Below, one piece after another: positions 39,889 to 50,786 of a DNA stretch of 64,000 nt. Positions within the stretch are counted from its first letter, which is position 1; each line of letters opens with the position of its first letter. Both the position numbers and the translations under genes were made by a program. The notes beneath the pieces are model-generated. The model saw only the letters and a program-made list of their open reading frames with translations. It had not been told where the DNA came from and made no database searches. The stretch is from a virus. Taxonomy: Duplodnaviria; Caudoviricetes. The stretch lies in the IMG/VR virus record IMGVR_UViG_3300014204_000122, positions 64,001 through 128,000 of that record; one strand, written 5' to 3'.

Positions 39889-42800
39889 ATGGCCAGCTCT
39901 ATTAAAGTAAATAAAACACAAATTCAAGCTGTAGAAAATATCTTAATAGCTAATACTGTTTTTAGAAAGGCTCATTTTTTAGCTCAATGTCATGCAGAAA
40001 CATCAGGTTTTTATTATAAAGAAGAAAATTTAGCATATGGAACAAGAGCTTTAAGAGATTTGTTTGGAAAATATTTTAAAACGTTAACAGATGCTCAAAT
40101 AACTAAAAATTATGCTTATAAACCTCAAAAAATTGCTAATAGAATATATGCTAACAGAATGGGTAATGGAAGTGAAGCTTCAGGAGATGGGTGGAAATAC
40201 AGAGGAAGAGGATATATTCAACTTACAGGTAAAAGTAATTATATAGCCTTTCAAAATTCTGGATTGTTAGACTCGGGAGATAATGTTATTGTCAATCCTG
40301 ATTTGGTAGCAAGTAAATATCCTCTTAGAAGTGCATCTTTCTTTTTTAGTAAAAATGATATATGGACATATTGCGATCATGGTGCGGCAGACCCTGTAGT
40401 TGTTTCAGTATCAGCAGCTGTAAATACAGGAAATCCTAATTCTAATCCAGATAAAATTATTCATTTAGATACAAGAAGAGAATGTTTTAAGGCATATTAT
40501 GAATATTATACAGGAACTACTCCTCCAGGGTATGATCAATCAAATGAAGGACTAATACCAACAAGTGAAACAGGAAAAAAAAGTGAAGAACAACCATCTT
40601 GGGAAAAGACTTTTGAGCAAATAGGGGTAAATATAGCTAATATTGAAGCAGATCAGGTAGACGTAACTTGGGGTAAAAGAACAAATTCTAGTGAAGATAG
40701 TGATTGGATTAGTCTTAAACAGTTTATTTTATATCTAGCATCTAAATATACACCACAAAGTCTTTTACCTTTTGTAGAACTTATACCAGAGGTTTCAATG
40801 AATAACGGATACTATGATAAAGACGGAACAGTTCCTGATAATGTAAAAAATAGTACAGGAAGCAAATCATCTAAATTTAAAGATAAAATAATTGAAAAAG
40901 CTAAAGAGTTAGATAAAGAATTACCTAAAGGATCTTTTTATACAGATTCAAATAAAGCTAAATTAGGACAAGAAACTTTTAATAAAGGTAGTGGTGTAGC
41001 AGATTTAACAACATTAGATCCTTGGAGAGAAACTCAAGATTGGATGGGGGTACCTAACGAAGGAGGAAAACAAATTATAGAACTTAGAAAGGTTGGAGTA
41101 AGAGCTTTTGGACAATTAGTTTTATCACCAGGTGCTTTAGATAAATCAGCTTCAAAACCAGGACCAATAGGATTTCAAGAGTTTGAAATAAAATCAGGAG
41201 CTCAATGTGATAATGGATTAGCTTTAATATCTATGAAGTTAGTAGATATACAAGGAAATAAATTTACAGACTTAACTTCTCCTTGGTCTTTTATTTATGA
41301 TACAAGACCCGGCGCTGTTGGTGGAGATTTTTGGTTTAGATATGGTTGGCAATTAAGATTACCTTTTTATGATAAAAAAGATAAAACTTCTTGGGGTTTT
41401 TGGAATCACCCAGGTTGGGATATTTTTGGAAATGAAGTTAAGTGGTATATAATTAATCAAATATTACCATGGAAACCTTATATTACTTTAACTCAAAACC
41501 TTAGTGCATCAGATTCTAATACTAAAGATAAAAATGGCAATATATTAGGAGATATAACTAGAGATGTTCAATTTAACTCCATGTTTGATGATGGAATTCA
41601 ATATGATGAAGAAAGCGGTTCTGTTACTATATCTAGATCTAATTTAACTGAAGCTAATTATGTAAAGTTAGCTATTTTAAATCCTGAAATAACAATGAAT
41701 CAAAATGGGTCTTTAATTGCAGACTTATCTTTCAGAACAACAGGATCAATTTGTCATCAAATGCCTTTAGCTTTTGCACATAATTTAAGAAGAGTTATAT
41801 CTGAAACAACAAAAATTATATTAGGTGATCTTTTAGTGGCTTACTTAAGCGATTTAGAGAGTTTTCAAAACCTTTTAGATTCAGATGAAGTTAGAAAAAA
41901 AAGAGATTATTTAAATTCAAAAAGATCTTCTTTAAATTTAACAAAATCTAGAAATTTTGATGGTTTCGTTCACATAGTAGGTCTTGGAAAAGGAGCAGGT
42001 GCTGGAGGTTCAGTACACCCTGACTCTATATGGCTGGAGGTAAGCAAAAAGAAAGTAAGGTTGTTAGAGGATAAAGTACCTGATAATGAGATGACTATTA
42101 TAAGATGGTTTAGAGAAGTTTTAGAAGATAATGGTTGTGCCTTGCAATCGGCTGCAACAGGATCGGGTGCAGGGATTAATTCAGCATGGATAATTGCTGT
42201 AACAGATGACTTTGAAGAAGAAAGATACAAACCCAGCAAATGGAGACAATCAGAATCAACAAATGGAGACAGTAGTATAGATGGAACGAAAGCAGCAGCT
42301 ACTACTTTAGCTTTAATGCAATCGGAAAAAGACGTATTTTCTTATAGATTTCAAGGGGCTTTAAATACACAAATTTCTGTAGAAAAATCAGATGCCCCAA
42401 ACGCAATGAAAGTTGATGTTAATTTTGCTGTTGGTGATTTTTTAACATATGATGGAGAAAGTGTTAAAACAGAAAAAGTTCCTGTAACAACAACAGATAG
42501 ACAAAGAAATTTAAAAATATTATTTGCACAAATGCAAAATGTAAAAGTAACAGCTTTGTGTCATCCTTGGATAGGTCCAGGAAAAAATATTTTTATAAAA
42601 GGATTAGGGTTTTTTGATGGGGAATATATGGTTTTATCTTGTTCACATAAGTTAGATAATAGTAATTCATTTACTTCTGAATTAGAAGCAGCAAGAATAT
42701 TAAAAGATGATAACACAGCAGATATACATAAAGAAAATGTAGATAATAAACAAGAAGAAGGAGGTAATACCAATAAGTCTAAACAAACTGAATATCAAAA

Positions 42801-42981
42801 AGAATCATCAACTAAAGAAAAACCTAAAGAAAATAATCCTGTTTACACTAAAGAACAAAAAGACGCTGTTATGAAAAAAAAATTAAAAAATCAAGAACTT
42901 ACAGCAGAAGAAAAAAAAACTTGGGATTCTTTAAGTCCGTCAGATAAAAAAGGAGCTTTTAAGGAAATGAAAAAAAAGTAA
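39889..42981 (+). CDS. GH19 lysozyme fused to baseplate hub-like protein
   Basis: AHFLAQCHAETSGF, EENL, YANRMGNG, GDGWKYRGRGYIQLTGKSNY; C-terminal GEYMVLSCSH..FTSEL hub-like segment. Confidence 0.8.
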   Translation: MASSIKVNKTQIQAVENILIANTVFRKAHFLAQCHAETSGFYYKEENLAYGTRALRDLFGKYFKTLTDAQITKNYAYKPQKIANRIYANRMGNGSEASGDGWKYRGRGYIQLTGKSNYIAFQNSGLLDSGDNVIVNPDLVASKYPLRSASFFFSKNDIWTYCDHGAADPVVVSVSAAVNTGNPNSNPDKIIHLDTRRECFKAYYEYYTGTTPPGYDQSNEGLIPTSETGKKSEEQPSWEKTFEQIGVNIANIEADQVDVTWGKRTNSSEDSDWISLKQFILYLASKYTPQSLLPFVELIPEVSMNNGYYDKDGTVPDNVKNSTGSKSSKFKDKIIEKAKELDKELPKGSFYTDSNKAKLGQETFNKGSGVADLTTLDPWRETQDWMGVPNEGGKQIIELRKVGVRAFGQLVLSPGALDKSASKPGPIGFQEFEIKSGAQCDNGLALISMKLVDIQGNKFTDLTSPWSFIYDTRPGAVGGDFWFRYGWQLRLPFYDKKDKTSWGFWNHPGWDIFGNEVKWYIINQILPWKPYITLTQNLSASDSNTKDKNGNILGDITRDVQFNSMFDDGIQYDEESGSVTISRSNLTEANYVKLAILNPEITMNQNGSLIADLSFRTTGSICHQMPLAFAHNLRRVISETTKIILGDLLVAYLSDLESFQNLLDSDEVRKKRDYLNSKRSSLNLTKSRNFDGFVHIVGLGKGAGAGGSVHPDSIWLEVSKKKVRLLEDKVPDNEMTIIRWFREVLEDNGCALQSAATGSGAGINSAWIIAVTDDFEEERYKPSKWRQSESTNGDSSIDGTKAAATTLALMQSEKDVFSYRFQGALNTQISVEKSDAPNAMKVDVNFAVGDFLTYDGESVKTEKVPVTTTDRQRNLKILFAQMQNVKVTALCHPWIGPGKNIFIKGLGFFDGEYMVLSCSHKLDNSNSFTSELEAARILKDDNTADIHKENVDNKQEEGGNTNKSKQTEYQKESSTKEKPKENNPVYTKEQKDAVMKKKLKNQELTAEEKKTWDSLSPSDKKGAFKEMKKK

Positions 42982-42982
42982 A

Positions 42983-43843
42983 TTATTCTGAATAAAAAGG
43001 AAGTAGTTTCTTTTTTAATAATTTTGAATTTTTAACATAAAAATAATTTAAATCATTTTGTACCTCTGTTAAAATTAAAGATTGAACAGATGAGCAAGTT
43101 GATAACAATTGTTTTATTTTAGATTCTATTAAAGATTCATTTACATCAGCATCTAAAATTAATAAAACGTTAGTATCTGTTAAAAAATCCAGTATTTTAT
43201 CATTAATCTCTGTACCTAATAAAATTAAAGAATTAGGAACAATTAATCCATCAAGTATACCTTCTGTAATTATAATAATAGAATTTTTATTAATAAAATT
43301 TTCATAAAAACAAACAAATTTAGAACTTAAATGTTTTTTATATTTCTTTGTATAAAAATTTTGTGAAACAAAAGCAACAAGTTCTCCATTTTTGTTATAA
43401 GAAGGATATATTATATTATTTTTAAAATTCCCATCATAACAATATAATATACCTCTTTCTTTTATTATTTCAAAAGTTAACCCTCTAGATTTTAAATAAT
43501 CGTAAATTTCAGGATAATTATATACAGTTCCACAATTTGGTGGTAAAATTAAAGTTTTTTCTTCAACTTGTGATTTGTAATTGTCTTTTTTATCTTTTTT
43601 AAATAACTTAGCAAAATCAGCATAACCATATTTTTCTATTATAAAAGACAAGCCACCTTTTAAACCGCAGGCCCAGCAATGGCAGGCGTTTTTATTTAAA
43701 GAAATTTCAAGATTATATTTATCAATAGGATTTCCTAATTCCTTTTCACATCTAGGACAATTAAATTTTAATTGACTTCCATCTGTTTTATATTCACCCA
43801 AAGGTTGAAGTGCTCTTAATAATTGCTCGTAAGTTCCAGACAT
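42983..43843 (-). CDS. DNA primase (Zn finger + TOPRIM)
   Basis: CPRC..CHCWACG, YLKSRG, ITEGILD, LDAD; start taken at MSGTYEQ. Confidence 0.85.
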   Translation of the reverse strand: MSGTYEQLLRALQPLGEYKTDGSQLKFNCPRCEKELGNPIDKYNLEISLNKNACHCWACGLKGGLSFIIEKYGYADFAKLFKKDKKDNYKSQVEEKTLILPPNCGTVYNYPEIYDYLKSRGLTFEIIKERGILYCYDGNFKNNIIYPSYNKNGELVAFVSQNFYTKKYKKHLSSKFVCFYENFINKNSIIIITEGILDGLIVPNSLILLGTEINDKILDFLTDTNVLLILDADVNESLIESKIKQLLSTCSSVQSLILTEVQNDLNYFYVKNSKLLKKKLLPFYSE

Positions 43844-43928
43844 TTTAAAAAAAATAATTTTTAATAATAAAATAAGAAAAAATTTAAACAATAATTATAT
43901 TTAAGTAAAATAAACAAGGTTTAACAAA

Positions 43929-44747
43929 ATGGAAAAAGAATTACAATTACTTATTGAAAAATTACAAAAACTTTCAAACAAAAAAGCTTTTTTGGTAAAA
44001 ACCAATATATTTAAAGAATCTTTAAATAGTGCAAAACAAAAATATTTAATAAATAATTTAATTGAAGAAGATATATTTAAAAAATTATTAGAATCTGATA
44101 AAACATCATCTAAAAAATATATTGAATGGATGTGCAAAATATATTTAAAAGATCAGCCTGAGTTACATGAATTAAAAAATGCAATAGAGGAATTTAATGC
44201 TCTTGTTTTAGATAAGAGAATAAAAGGAGAAGAGTCAAATATAGAAAAATATAAAAGTTTTAAAGAGTTTAGTGAATATATTGATAGAAAAAATAATGAA
44301 GAAATAGTTGTTTCTAAAACACAACAAGAGAATGATTATAAAATATTAATAAATAATTCTGAACTTTTTGTGGTAGCTCCACATAATCATGCTGCTAGTA
44401 GAAAAGTAGGTTTAAAATGGTTCGCAGTAAGACCTAACACTAAAACAGGAACAAATGATTGTCCGTGGTGTACAACATATGGTGCTGAGTCTCATTGGAA
44501 GGGTTATTGGGAAAGTGGCCTTGATTCTTTTTATTATGTTAAAGTTAAAGGAAAACTTAAAGAGAAAATAATATCAACACCTGGATTAGGTCCAAAATGT
44601 GAATATGTTGCTTTACAAATACATATTACAGGAGGTATTAGAGTTTGGAATACGGATGATAGTCAAATTTCAAAAGGTGGAGAATATATGAGAATATTAG
44701 AAGAATATCTAGAAGAAAATAATTTAATAGAGAGTTTTTGGGAGTAA
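43929..44747 (+). CDS. tagged protein with a conserved phage WCT domain
   Basis: MEKELQLLIEKLQKLSNKK tag; DKTSSKKYIEWM and WCTT motifs. Confidence 0.65.
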   Translation: MEKELQLLIEKLQKLSNKKAFLVKTNIFKESLNSAKQKYLINNLIEEDIFKKLLESDKTSSKKYIEWMCKIYLKDQPELHELKNAIEEFNALVLDKRIKGEESNIEKYKSFKEFSEYIDRKNNEEIVVSKTQQENDYKILINNSELFVVAPHNHAASRKVGLKWFAVRPNTKTGTNDCPWCTTYGAESHWKGYWESGLDSFYYVKVKGKLKEKIISTPGLGPKCEYVALQIHITGGIRVWNTDDSQISKGGEYMRILEEYLEENNLIESFWE

Positions 44748-44768
44748 ATTAATTAAATATTTATAGAA

Positions 44769-45011
44769 GTGTATACAGCAATATTATTAGAAGATACAAA
44801 AAAATTTAAAAAAGGTGATTTAATAAAAAATATTAAGAGATCACCTGAAGGTATAATTAAAGAAGACGATTTAATACCTTATGATAAAGTATTAATATTA
44901 AATGAAGCTTTATCAACACAAGATATTGCACAAGTAAAAAAAATAGTAAAAGATATTTTAAAATTAGTTTTTTGGAGATTGTATACAAGAAATTCATTTG
45001 TTTTACAATAA
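44769..45011 (+). CDS. hypothetical head-region protein
   Basis: 80 aa with LLE/LNE sites. Confidence 0.55.
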   Translation: MYTAILLEDTKKFKKGDLIKNIKRSPEGIIKEDDLIPYDKVLILNEALSTQDIAQVKKIVKDILKLVFWRLYTRNSFVLQ

Positions 45012-45058
45012 TTTTAAAAAACAGTTATATTTAAATAAAATAATAATTATATATTTCA

Positions 45059-46273
45059 ATGAATTCAAAAAACTTATCGCAAAAAATTGATAGTATTTTA
45101 ATGAAAGAAGAACTTACAGATAAAAAAACAGTTAGTAATTCTGGAAGAGTTTATGTTCACGAAACTGTGGATGTAATCTTAAAAAATAGAAACTTTAATC
45201 AATCTTTACAAGATGATTTAGATCTTACAGAAGAAAATTTTAATAAAATTAACGATAGTATTTTAAAAGAATATGTTGAATATTGTGGGTTTAATTATTC
45301 TAATCGCAATCAAGCAATTCAAATTTTATTTGAAAATAATAAAGTTAATCAAGATGTTATTTTTTCTTTAGAAGATAAACAACGAGAAGAACAACAAGAG
45401 TATGAGTTAAAAGAAGTTTTTGAAAATTACAATAAAGTAATAGAAGAAGATTTTCAAACTAAATTTGGTGAAGATGTTGATTTTAGAAATATAGAAGAAA
45501 AACAAATTTTTGAAATAGGTAGTTTAATATATGAACAACTAGATAATTTTGGAAAAGAAGATTGGAAAGAATATATTTCTATATTAAAAGAAAATAATGT
45601 AGATTGTTTTTATGATACTGAAACTGATAAATATATAGTTAAAAAATTATTAAAAGAAGATATACAAGAAAGATATCTCATAGAAGAAGCTGATAAAAAA
45701 ATAATTGAAAATATTATAAAACCAACAAGTTTTACTTTATTAGAAGTTAGAGGCTTACCTAAATCAACATATAAAGATTATGTTATTGAAACCATTGTTG
45801 AAAAAGATGGCCAACAAACATTAATAGAATATCATGATACGCAATTAAGAAAACCTTGGAAAATAGCAAATAACGAATTTCAATTTTTACAAGAAGCGTT
45901 ACAATCAATAATCCCTCCAACTAAAGATTTTTATAAAGAAAAAAGTTCTGAAGTAAAAAAACCTACTATTTTAACTAAAATAATTAAAGAAAATTATAAT
46001 AAAACAGATAATCTTCCATTGGCTGAAAGTCAAAGAAGAGAAATGGAATCTAAAAAATTAATTTCTAAGTTAGATAAATTACATAACTCTGATAATATTA
46101 TTGAATTATTAGAAGAAGGAGTTAAAGTAAAAACAAATAAAGGTAACGGAATAGTACGCCATATAGATTGGATATATGGAACAGTTAATATTAACACTAA
46201 AGAAGATAATAATGGAATTAGTAGCTTTGTTTCTAATGTTAGTTTTGATGACATTTCGGAAGTAGGAGAATAA
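45059..46273 (+). CDS. hypothetical head-region protein
   Basis: 404 aa, many L/I-x-E sites, late motif upstream. Confidence 0.6.
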   Translation: MNSKNLSQKIDSILMKEELTDKKTVSNSGRVYVHETVDVILKNRNFNQSLQDDLDLTEENFNKINDSILKEYVEYCGFNYSNRNQAIQILFENNKVNQDVIFSLEDKQREEQQEYELKEVFENYNKVIEEDFQTKFGEDVDFRNIEEKQIFEIGSLIYEQLDNFGKEDWKEYISILKENNVDCFYDTETDKYIVKKLLKEDIQERYLIEEADKKIIENIIKPTSFTLLEVRGLPKSTYKDYVIETIVEKDGQQTLIEYHDTQLRKPWKIANNEFQFLQEALQSIIPPTKDFYKEKSSEVKKPTILTKIIKENYNKTDNLPLAESQRREMESKKLISKLDKLHNSDNIIELLEEGVKVKTNKGNGIVRHIDWIYGTVNINTKEDNNGISSFVSNVSFDDISEVGE

Positions 46274-46290
46274 TATATTTAAACGTTATT

Positions 46291-46319
46291 AAAACTATAG
46301 ATTATGTCTATAGTTTTTT
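46291..46319 (+). terminator. intrinsic terminator
   Basis: AAAACTATAGA..TCTATAGTTTTTT. Confidence 0.7.
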
Positions 46320-46384
46320 ATTTACAAGGTGTTTAAATTTTTTCTTATTTTATATTAAATGGGACAGTTCAAAAATAATACACA

Positions 46385-48112
46385 ATGAGTAATTTTAGAG
46401 ACGAGCTAACAGATTTTTATAAAAGACTGTCAGGAAAAGAAAGAATAAAAATAGCCAATTCAAATGTTAACATACTTAATTCTGCCCCAACTGAGCAAGA
46501 AAGAGTTATGAAACAAAAAATCTGGCAATTAAATCAATATGTTAGATTAAAAAGTAGCAATAGGAGATATTTACAATTTTTTGATGAATATCGCCAAATG
46601 GATGTTACTTTCCCTATTATAAAGGCAGCTCTAGATATATATGCAGAAGAAACAGTAAGTAAGGACGTAAGTGGAGATCTTATTAAAATAGTAACAGAAA
46701 ATGAAAAAGTAAAACAATTGCTTGAAGAATGTTATTTTTCTAATTTAGATTTAAATAAAAGAGCTTTTATAATAGCTAGAGAGTTTTGTAAATTTGGAAA
46801 TGTTTATGCCTATCTTATAACTAGACAAGATGATGGTGTTGTAGATTTAGTCTTTTTACCAGCAGATGCTTTAGTAAGACAACAAATGTTAGGATTAACT
46901 GCATATGAAGATCAAATGGATTTTGAAAAAATAAATGAATATCAATTTGTATGGCATGGTAGTGGTGGTGGTGGAACTGTTTTTGAACCATGGGAAATTG
47001 TACATTGGAAAAATTCAGAAGATTTAGAATCAGAACCATATGGAGTATCAATTTTAAGACCTATTGTAGAAACGTGGAGAAGAGTTGTTTTAATGAGAGA
47101 AGCTTTAATTGTATATAGAATTTCAAGGGCACCTCAGCGTTACTTATTTAAAATTGCAACAGATGGCTTAACTGGAGAAGAAGCTTATAGGTTTGCACAA
47201 GATGTTAAAAAAGAAGTCAAAAAGAAGCCTTTAGTAGATCCAAGAACAGGGGAAATAGATTTTAAGCATAACCCCATGTCTGTTATGGATGATTTTTTTA
47301 TACCAGTAGCTCAAAATAATTCTTCGGATATACAAGTTTTAGATGGAGCCAGTAATTTGGATGCTATAGAAGATTATAAAATTATCAAAGACGATTTGTT
47401 TGCAGGATTAAAAATACCAAAAGCATATTTAACTTTTGAAGAAACGTTAAGTAATAAAGCAGCTTTAGGGGAAGAAGACGCAAGGTTTAGTAAAACAATA
47501 CAACGTATACAAACAGAGTTTATACAAGGTTTAGTTCATATAGGTATAGTTCATTTATTTCTTAATGGATGTTCTACTGAAGAAATACAGTCTTTTAGTT
47601 TAGAAATGGCCCAATCTTCTACAATAGCGGAACAGAGAAAATGGGAAATAATGACAGCTAAACTAGATGTTGCTGTTAAATTATGGGATGAACAAAAAGC
47701 AGGATTGAATTTTATGACTTATGCGGATGTTTTAAAAACAGTATTTAAATTTACAGATGAAGAGATACAAGAAACTATAAAAAAACAATTTATAGAAAAG
47801 AAAATAGCATGGAGATTAGAACAGATAAAAACAAATGGTTTTTATGAAATGCCAGAACTTGATAATTTAACCGATAAGTTAAAAGGATTAACTCCTGGAT
47901 CTAGCATGTCAGATAAAGACTTAAATATATTTAAATCTTTGAATTTTGAAAGTTTTGAAAGTATAAAACCTATTATTGACCAGCACATAGATGAAGAAAT
48001 AGCAACTATGTTTAAAACTCCTTCTATAAAGCCAACAAAAAAAGATATAAATAGAGTAAAGGGTTTACTTACAGATAATATAGAAAAAACAAAAAAGGAT
48101 ATAAAAGTTTAA
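46385..48112 (+). CDS. portal protein (T4 gp20-like)
   Basis: IIKAALDIYAEE, PYGVSIL, LIVYRISRAPQR, DDFFIP, GLKIPKAYL, EDARFSKTIQRIQ. Confidence 0.92.
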   Translation: MSNFRDELTDFYKRLSGKERIKIANSNVNILNSAPTEQERVMKQKIWQLNQYVRLKSSNRRYLQFFDEYRQMDVTFPIIKAALDIYAEETVSKDVSGDLIKIVTENEKVKQLLEECYFSNLDLNKRAFIIAREFCKFGNVYAYLITRQDDGVVDLVFLPADALVRQQMLGLTAYEDQMDFEKINEYQFVWHGSGGGGTVFEPWEIVHWKNSEDLESEPYGVSILRPIVETWRRVVLMREALIVYRISRAPQRYLFKIATDGLTGEEAYRFAQDVKKEVKKKPLVDPRTGEIDFKHNPMSVMDDFFIPVAQNNSSDIQVLDGASNLDAIEDYKIIKDDLFAGLKIPKAYLTFEETLSNKAALGEEDARFSKTIQRIQTEFIQGLVHIGIVHLFLNGCSTEEIQSFSLEMAQSSTIAEQRKWEIMTAKLDVAVKLWDEQKAGLNFMTYADVLKTVFKFTDEEIQETIKKQFIEKKIAWRLEQIKTNGFYEMPELDNLTDKLKGLTPGSSMSDKDLNIFKSLNFESFESIKPIIDQHIDEEIATMFKTPSIKPTKKDINRVKGLLTDNIEKTKKDIKV

Positions 48113-48132
48113 GTAATTATCATCAAAAAGTA

Positions 48133-48168
48133 AAAAAGATCATATAAATTTATATGATCTTTTTTTTT
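48133..48168 (+). terminator. intrinsic terminator
   Basis: AAAAAGATCATATA..TATATGATCTTTTTTTT. Confidence 0.8.
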
Positions 48169-48205
48169 ATTTAATATTTAAAAAAAACTTTAATTTATAA
48201 AAAGA

Positions 48206-49114
48206 ATGAAACTTACAAAAATAGAATTTCAGTGTTTAACTGAACAAGAAAATAAAAATCTTAGCAAACATACTTTTTCTATGTTGGAAAAATATGCTAG
48301 TAAATTATCACCTAAAGATAATTTTTATACAAATAAATGTATAAAGGTTTTAAAAGAGGAAGTTAAAAAAAATATTGATATTTCAAATACAATTTTTAAG
48401 GTTTACGAATTAAAAGAAAATATATTAAACCTTTTAAAAGAAGATAGTAATGGAGAAAAAAGAGCCGTTATTAGAGATAAAGAAAATATTAAAAACATTG
48501 TAGTAACTACAATGGGTGAAGGAAAAAGAGACCTTGAAACAATTTATGTGGATTTTAGTATTATTGTTAAGCCTTTTGGAGATTCAAAAGCAGCAGTTGG
48601 AAGAGAGATAGAAAGAATTATAGTTAATAATGATCGTTTAGGAACAAAAATCATAGCACAATTATTACCTCAAATTGATGGATTTGCAGGAACGGGAACA
48701 TATCAAGGATATATAAGATCAACACCAGTAGCACCAGGAGATTCAATTAAAGCTAGAAATGATATATCTATTGATACTACTTATGCTAAAGATCCTAAAA
48801 GTTTTAAAGAATATGTTGAAGGAATATCTCAATTGTTTGATCTTTTAGATGAAAAAGTTGTAAGTTGGTTAGATGTTGAAAATTACGATGATGAAAATGT
48901 AGCTGCAGGCTCTGATGAAACAGAAGAAGAAAAAAGAGATAAAGAATTTAAAAATTCTGAAAGAGAATTTGATAATCCTGATGATGAACAAATTGAAAAA
49001 GGTATTTTGAGTAAATTACGCAAGGAAGGTTTGAAAAGAGAAAAAAATTTAGAGATTGAATTACTTACAGAAAAAATTCAAAAGCTTTCAGGTAAAACAG
49101 TTATTTTTGAATAA
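48206..49114 (+). CDS. head-region protein with C-terminal tag
   Basis: Ends REKNLEIELLTEKIQKLSGKTVIFE. Confidence 0.7.
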   Translation: MKLTKIEFQCLTEQENKNLSKHTFSMLEKYASKLSPKDNFYTNKCIKVLKEEVKKNIDISNTIFKVYELKENILNLLKEDSNGEKRAVIRDKENIKNIVVTTMGEGKRDLETIYVDFSIIVKPFGDSKAAVGREIERIIVNNDRLGTKIIAQLLPQIDGFAGTGTYQGYIRSTPVAPGDSIKARNDISIDTTYAKDPKSFKEYVEGISQLFDLLDEKVVSWLDVENYDDENVAAGSDETEEEKRDKEFKNSEREFDNPDDEQIEKGILSKLRKEGLKREKNLEIELLTEKIQKLSGKTVIFE

Positions 49115-49135
49115 AAATAATTAACAAATAAAATA

Positions 49136-49171
49136 AAAAAAGATCTTAAATAAATTAGGATCTTTTTTTTT
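49136..49171 (+). terminator. intrinsic terminator
   Basis: AAAAAAGATCTTAA..TTAGGATCTTTTTTTTT. Confidence 0.75.
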
Positions 49172-49256
49172 GCTATCTTAATTAGTAAAAATAGTTAAAA
49201 AAATATTTTTTTAAGCATTAAGGTTATATTTATAAAAAACTATAGTTATATATTTA

Positions 49257-50027
49257 ATGAATTACGGTAAGAAAATAAAAATTACAAAAGAACGTGCGTT
49301 GTTAGATGAGTCTAAAATAAACGGCCGTATAATAAATTCAGCAACTAATGGCTTTTTATTAGAAGCAGAAGGTGGAATGTCATATATGGAAAAGTGCAAA
49401 CTTAATCCAGATTTACCAATATTTTTAACAGGAATTATACAAACTGGTGATAAGCCTAATAGAAATGGTAGAATATATCCATGGGACTATTTAAAACGTG
49501 AGGCTATTAGATATATGGAAAATGAGGTTAAAAACGGATTGTCTTTTGGGGAGTTAGATCACCCTTCAGACTCTGCAACTCCTTCTCTAAGTAACGCTGC
49601 ACTAGCTATTGAAGATCTTTCCTTTAAAGGTAAAGATGTGATTGCAAAAATCAGAGTGTTAAATGCTTATATGCCTGATAACGCTCCAGGTAGAAAAGTA
49701 AGAGGTTTTTTATTAAATGGTAAAAATGTAGGAATATCCTCAAGAGCTTTAGGTTCTTTAGAACAATATTCAAATACAGAATATGACGTAGTAGCTGAAG
49801 ATATGGAAATGGTATGTTGGGATTTTGTTTCTAATGCTTCTAATTATGGATCTGAAAAAATGCAATTATCAGAAGAAAACGGATCTAAACCTCAATTACA
49901 TAAAAAATCTAAATTATTATTTGAATCTGAACTTCCTAAAATTCAAACATTAACAGAAGCAGAGAAAGTTTATTTAGAAATATTAGGAATTGAAAATTTT
50001 ATAAAAACTAAAAACATTTTAGGATAA
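49257..50027 (+). CDS. prohead protease (T4 gp21-like)
   Basis: NRNGRIYP, GELDHP, GISSRALGS, WDFVS. Confidence 0.93.
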   Translation: MNYGKKIKITKERALLDESKINGRIINSATNGFLLEAEGGMSYMEKCKLNPDLPIFLTGIIQTGDKPNRNGRIYPWDYLKREAIRYMENEVKNGLSFGELDHPSDSATPSLSNAALAIEDLSFKGKDVIAKIRVLNAYMPDNAPGRKVRGFLLNGKNVGISSRALGSLEQYSNTEYDVVAEDMEMVCWDFVSNASNYGSEKMQLSEENGSKPQLHKKSKLLFESELPKIQTLTEAEKVYLEILGIENFIKTKNILG

Positions 50028-50028
50028 G

Positions 50029-50706
50029 ATGAAAACAGAAAAAAAAATATTTAAAGAAGAGATAGCAATTAATTATTATCTTTTATCAAAAAAAGATATG
50101 AATGATTTTAAAGCTGATGAATTTAATAATGATAATTATTTATTAATAAAAGATATATCACAGTTAGATAAAAGAGATATATTGGACTTATATAAAGATA
50201 AAGGTTATATTAAAGTTATTCAAATAGGAAAAGATTCTTTTAATGAGTTATCTACATCTTTAAAATTTCAAAAAACACCTGGTTTAAGTTTAGTAGAAGA
50301 AATTAAAGAATATAAAAATAAAAAAATATTTAAAGAAATTGAAGCAAAAGATCCAGGATATCATAAATATGATAATGAATCTATTGTAGAAGATATTAAA
50401 AAATATTGTGAAAAAAATAAAAATACTGAATTAAAAAATATACAAATTGAAGGCGAATTACTTACTGTAGATATAGAGTTAGAATATGATTCTGAAGAAG
50501 AAAATTTATTTTTCAGAAGAGAAAAAGTAAAGCAACTAGTGTATGACACAAAAACAGAGTTAGAAAAAGCTTTAAGAAAAAAAGCACATGATTTTTTACC
50601 TTTATCAGTACAAGGTATTGATATTCAACCTAAAAAAGCAAGATTTGAATTAGTTAGTATGTTATCTTTTAAAACTCGAGCAAATATAGAAATGTATGTA
50701 GGTTAA
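50029..50706 (+). CDS. hypothetical head-region protein
   Basis: Between protease and scaffold; KKIFKE occurs twice. Confidence 0.6.
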   Translation: MKTEKKIFKEEIAINYYLLSKKDMNDFKADEFNNDNYLLIKDISQLDKRDILDLYKDKGYIKVIQIGKDSFNELSTSLKFQKTPGLSLVEEIKEYKNKKIFKEIEAKDPGYHKYDNESIVEDIKKYCEKNKNTELKNIQIEGELLTVDIELEYDSEEENLFFRREKVKQLVYDTKTELEKALRKKAHDFLPLSVQGIDIQPKKARFELVSMLSFKTRANIEMYVG

Positions 50707-50786
50707 TCAAAATAAATTGATTAAAATATTTAATTTTTTTGAGTTAGTTATATTTAAATAAAAAATAAACAATAAATTTTTGTAAA

